From the NCBI RefSeq assembly GCF_008831285.2, contig NC_045138.2:28396001-28460000 (forward strand): DNA of 64,000 nt. Reading direction: 5' to 3'. A program made the position numbers and the translations under genes. This DNA is from Nymphaea colorata (lineage: Eukaryota). This document shows positions 63,309 through 64,000 of the stretch, one piece after another. Position 1 is the first letter of the stretch. Each line of letters opens with the position of its first letter. Under the pieces are notes generated by a model. That model worked only from the letters and a program-made list of their open reading frames with translations. It was not told the origin of the DNA and searched no databases.

Positions 63309-64000
63309 AAAGTAAATGGATCCCGGTTGTTTGGTCATTTGATAACCAGAGTCATTCTTTGATAAATGATCACTATGAGTCGCACTCAATGGAATTTGAT
63401 CAAAGTGATCTGTACGGAACTCTCGATGCATCTATCTGTGTCAGGGGCCCTAGACACATAACTGCTCAAGATATCATCTCTTGAGATGTTTTTGTCTGTG
63501 GCACGGTTAGGTACTATTCACTTTATTATATCTCTCGCAATTCAGCAGAATTGACCTCTTTCAACTTGATGTGAAAAATGCATTTCTATATGGTGATATC
63601 TTTGAAATGATTTATATGCGACAACCACCTAGTTTCGAACGATAGAGTGAGTGTTCCAAGGTATGCAAACTCAAAAAAGCTATCTATGGACTTAAACAAA
63701 ATTCCCGTGCATGGTTCTATAAACTAAGTGAGGTTGTCTCTAAATGTAGATTTTGAATATCTTAGCTTGATCACTCGTTATTTATCAAGTGAGGGACTTC
63801 TGGTATAATGATATTAGTTGTATATATTGATGATATTGTCCTCACTGAAAAAAGTACTCAAGAGATAGCTTAGACAAATGAGTTTCTATAGCAACACTTT
63901 GTCACAAAAGATATTTGTCACTTCGTTATTTTCTTGGTATTAAAGTAGCTCGTACTAATAAAGGGATTGTGATATCTCAAAGGAAATATGTTCTTGATCT

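Larger units (their letters stand above)
58445..64000 (+). mobile_element. Second, different decayed Ty1/copia element, truncated by the window end; carries captured host and plastid fragments
   Basis: LTR-like segment ending …TGTAACA at 58638 (start uncertain), then PBS TGGTATCAAAGCC at 58639. Gag around 59420-60010 (WDEDNDIIMAWIMNSVE, FLSGLSSEY). Protease-region remnant from about 61350 (NHIC…VGLADG). Integrase (CDACQLGKH, LLHVDFWG, CDNALEF, TSQQNDVAE). RT ([37 protein letters not shown]). Confidence 0.9.

Overview
Angiosperm nuclear DNA with spliced genes and decayed transposons. Genes, in order: a 5-exon pectin methylesterase (+, 1034-6069), two tandem IQ67-domain (IQD) paralogues (-, 13154-15218 and 24052-25945), a 12-exon nuclear poly(A) polymerase (+, 33896-43182) whose last intron appears to be GC-AG, and an intronless MATE/DTX transporter with one frameshift (-, 48918-50527). 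These are followed by a complete but decayed Ty1/copia element (52250-57584: LTRs, PBS, PPT, AAAAT TSD, nested hAT MITE) and a second copia element that runs off the window end. Three observations stand out. (1) Between gag and protease, the second copia carries about 1.3 kb of captured host-gene pieces: an NADP-malic-enzyme N-terminus and an in-frame AP2/ERF-Dof chimera. (2) The same element has a plastid atpB fragment inside its RT region. (3) An inverted copy of PAPS exon 8 lies about 3 kb downstream of the parent gene; it has lost intron 7 but kept the start of intron 8, so it looks like a semi-processed retrocopy placed antisense to its parent. All family assignments come from recognising motifs by eye; no database searches were run.
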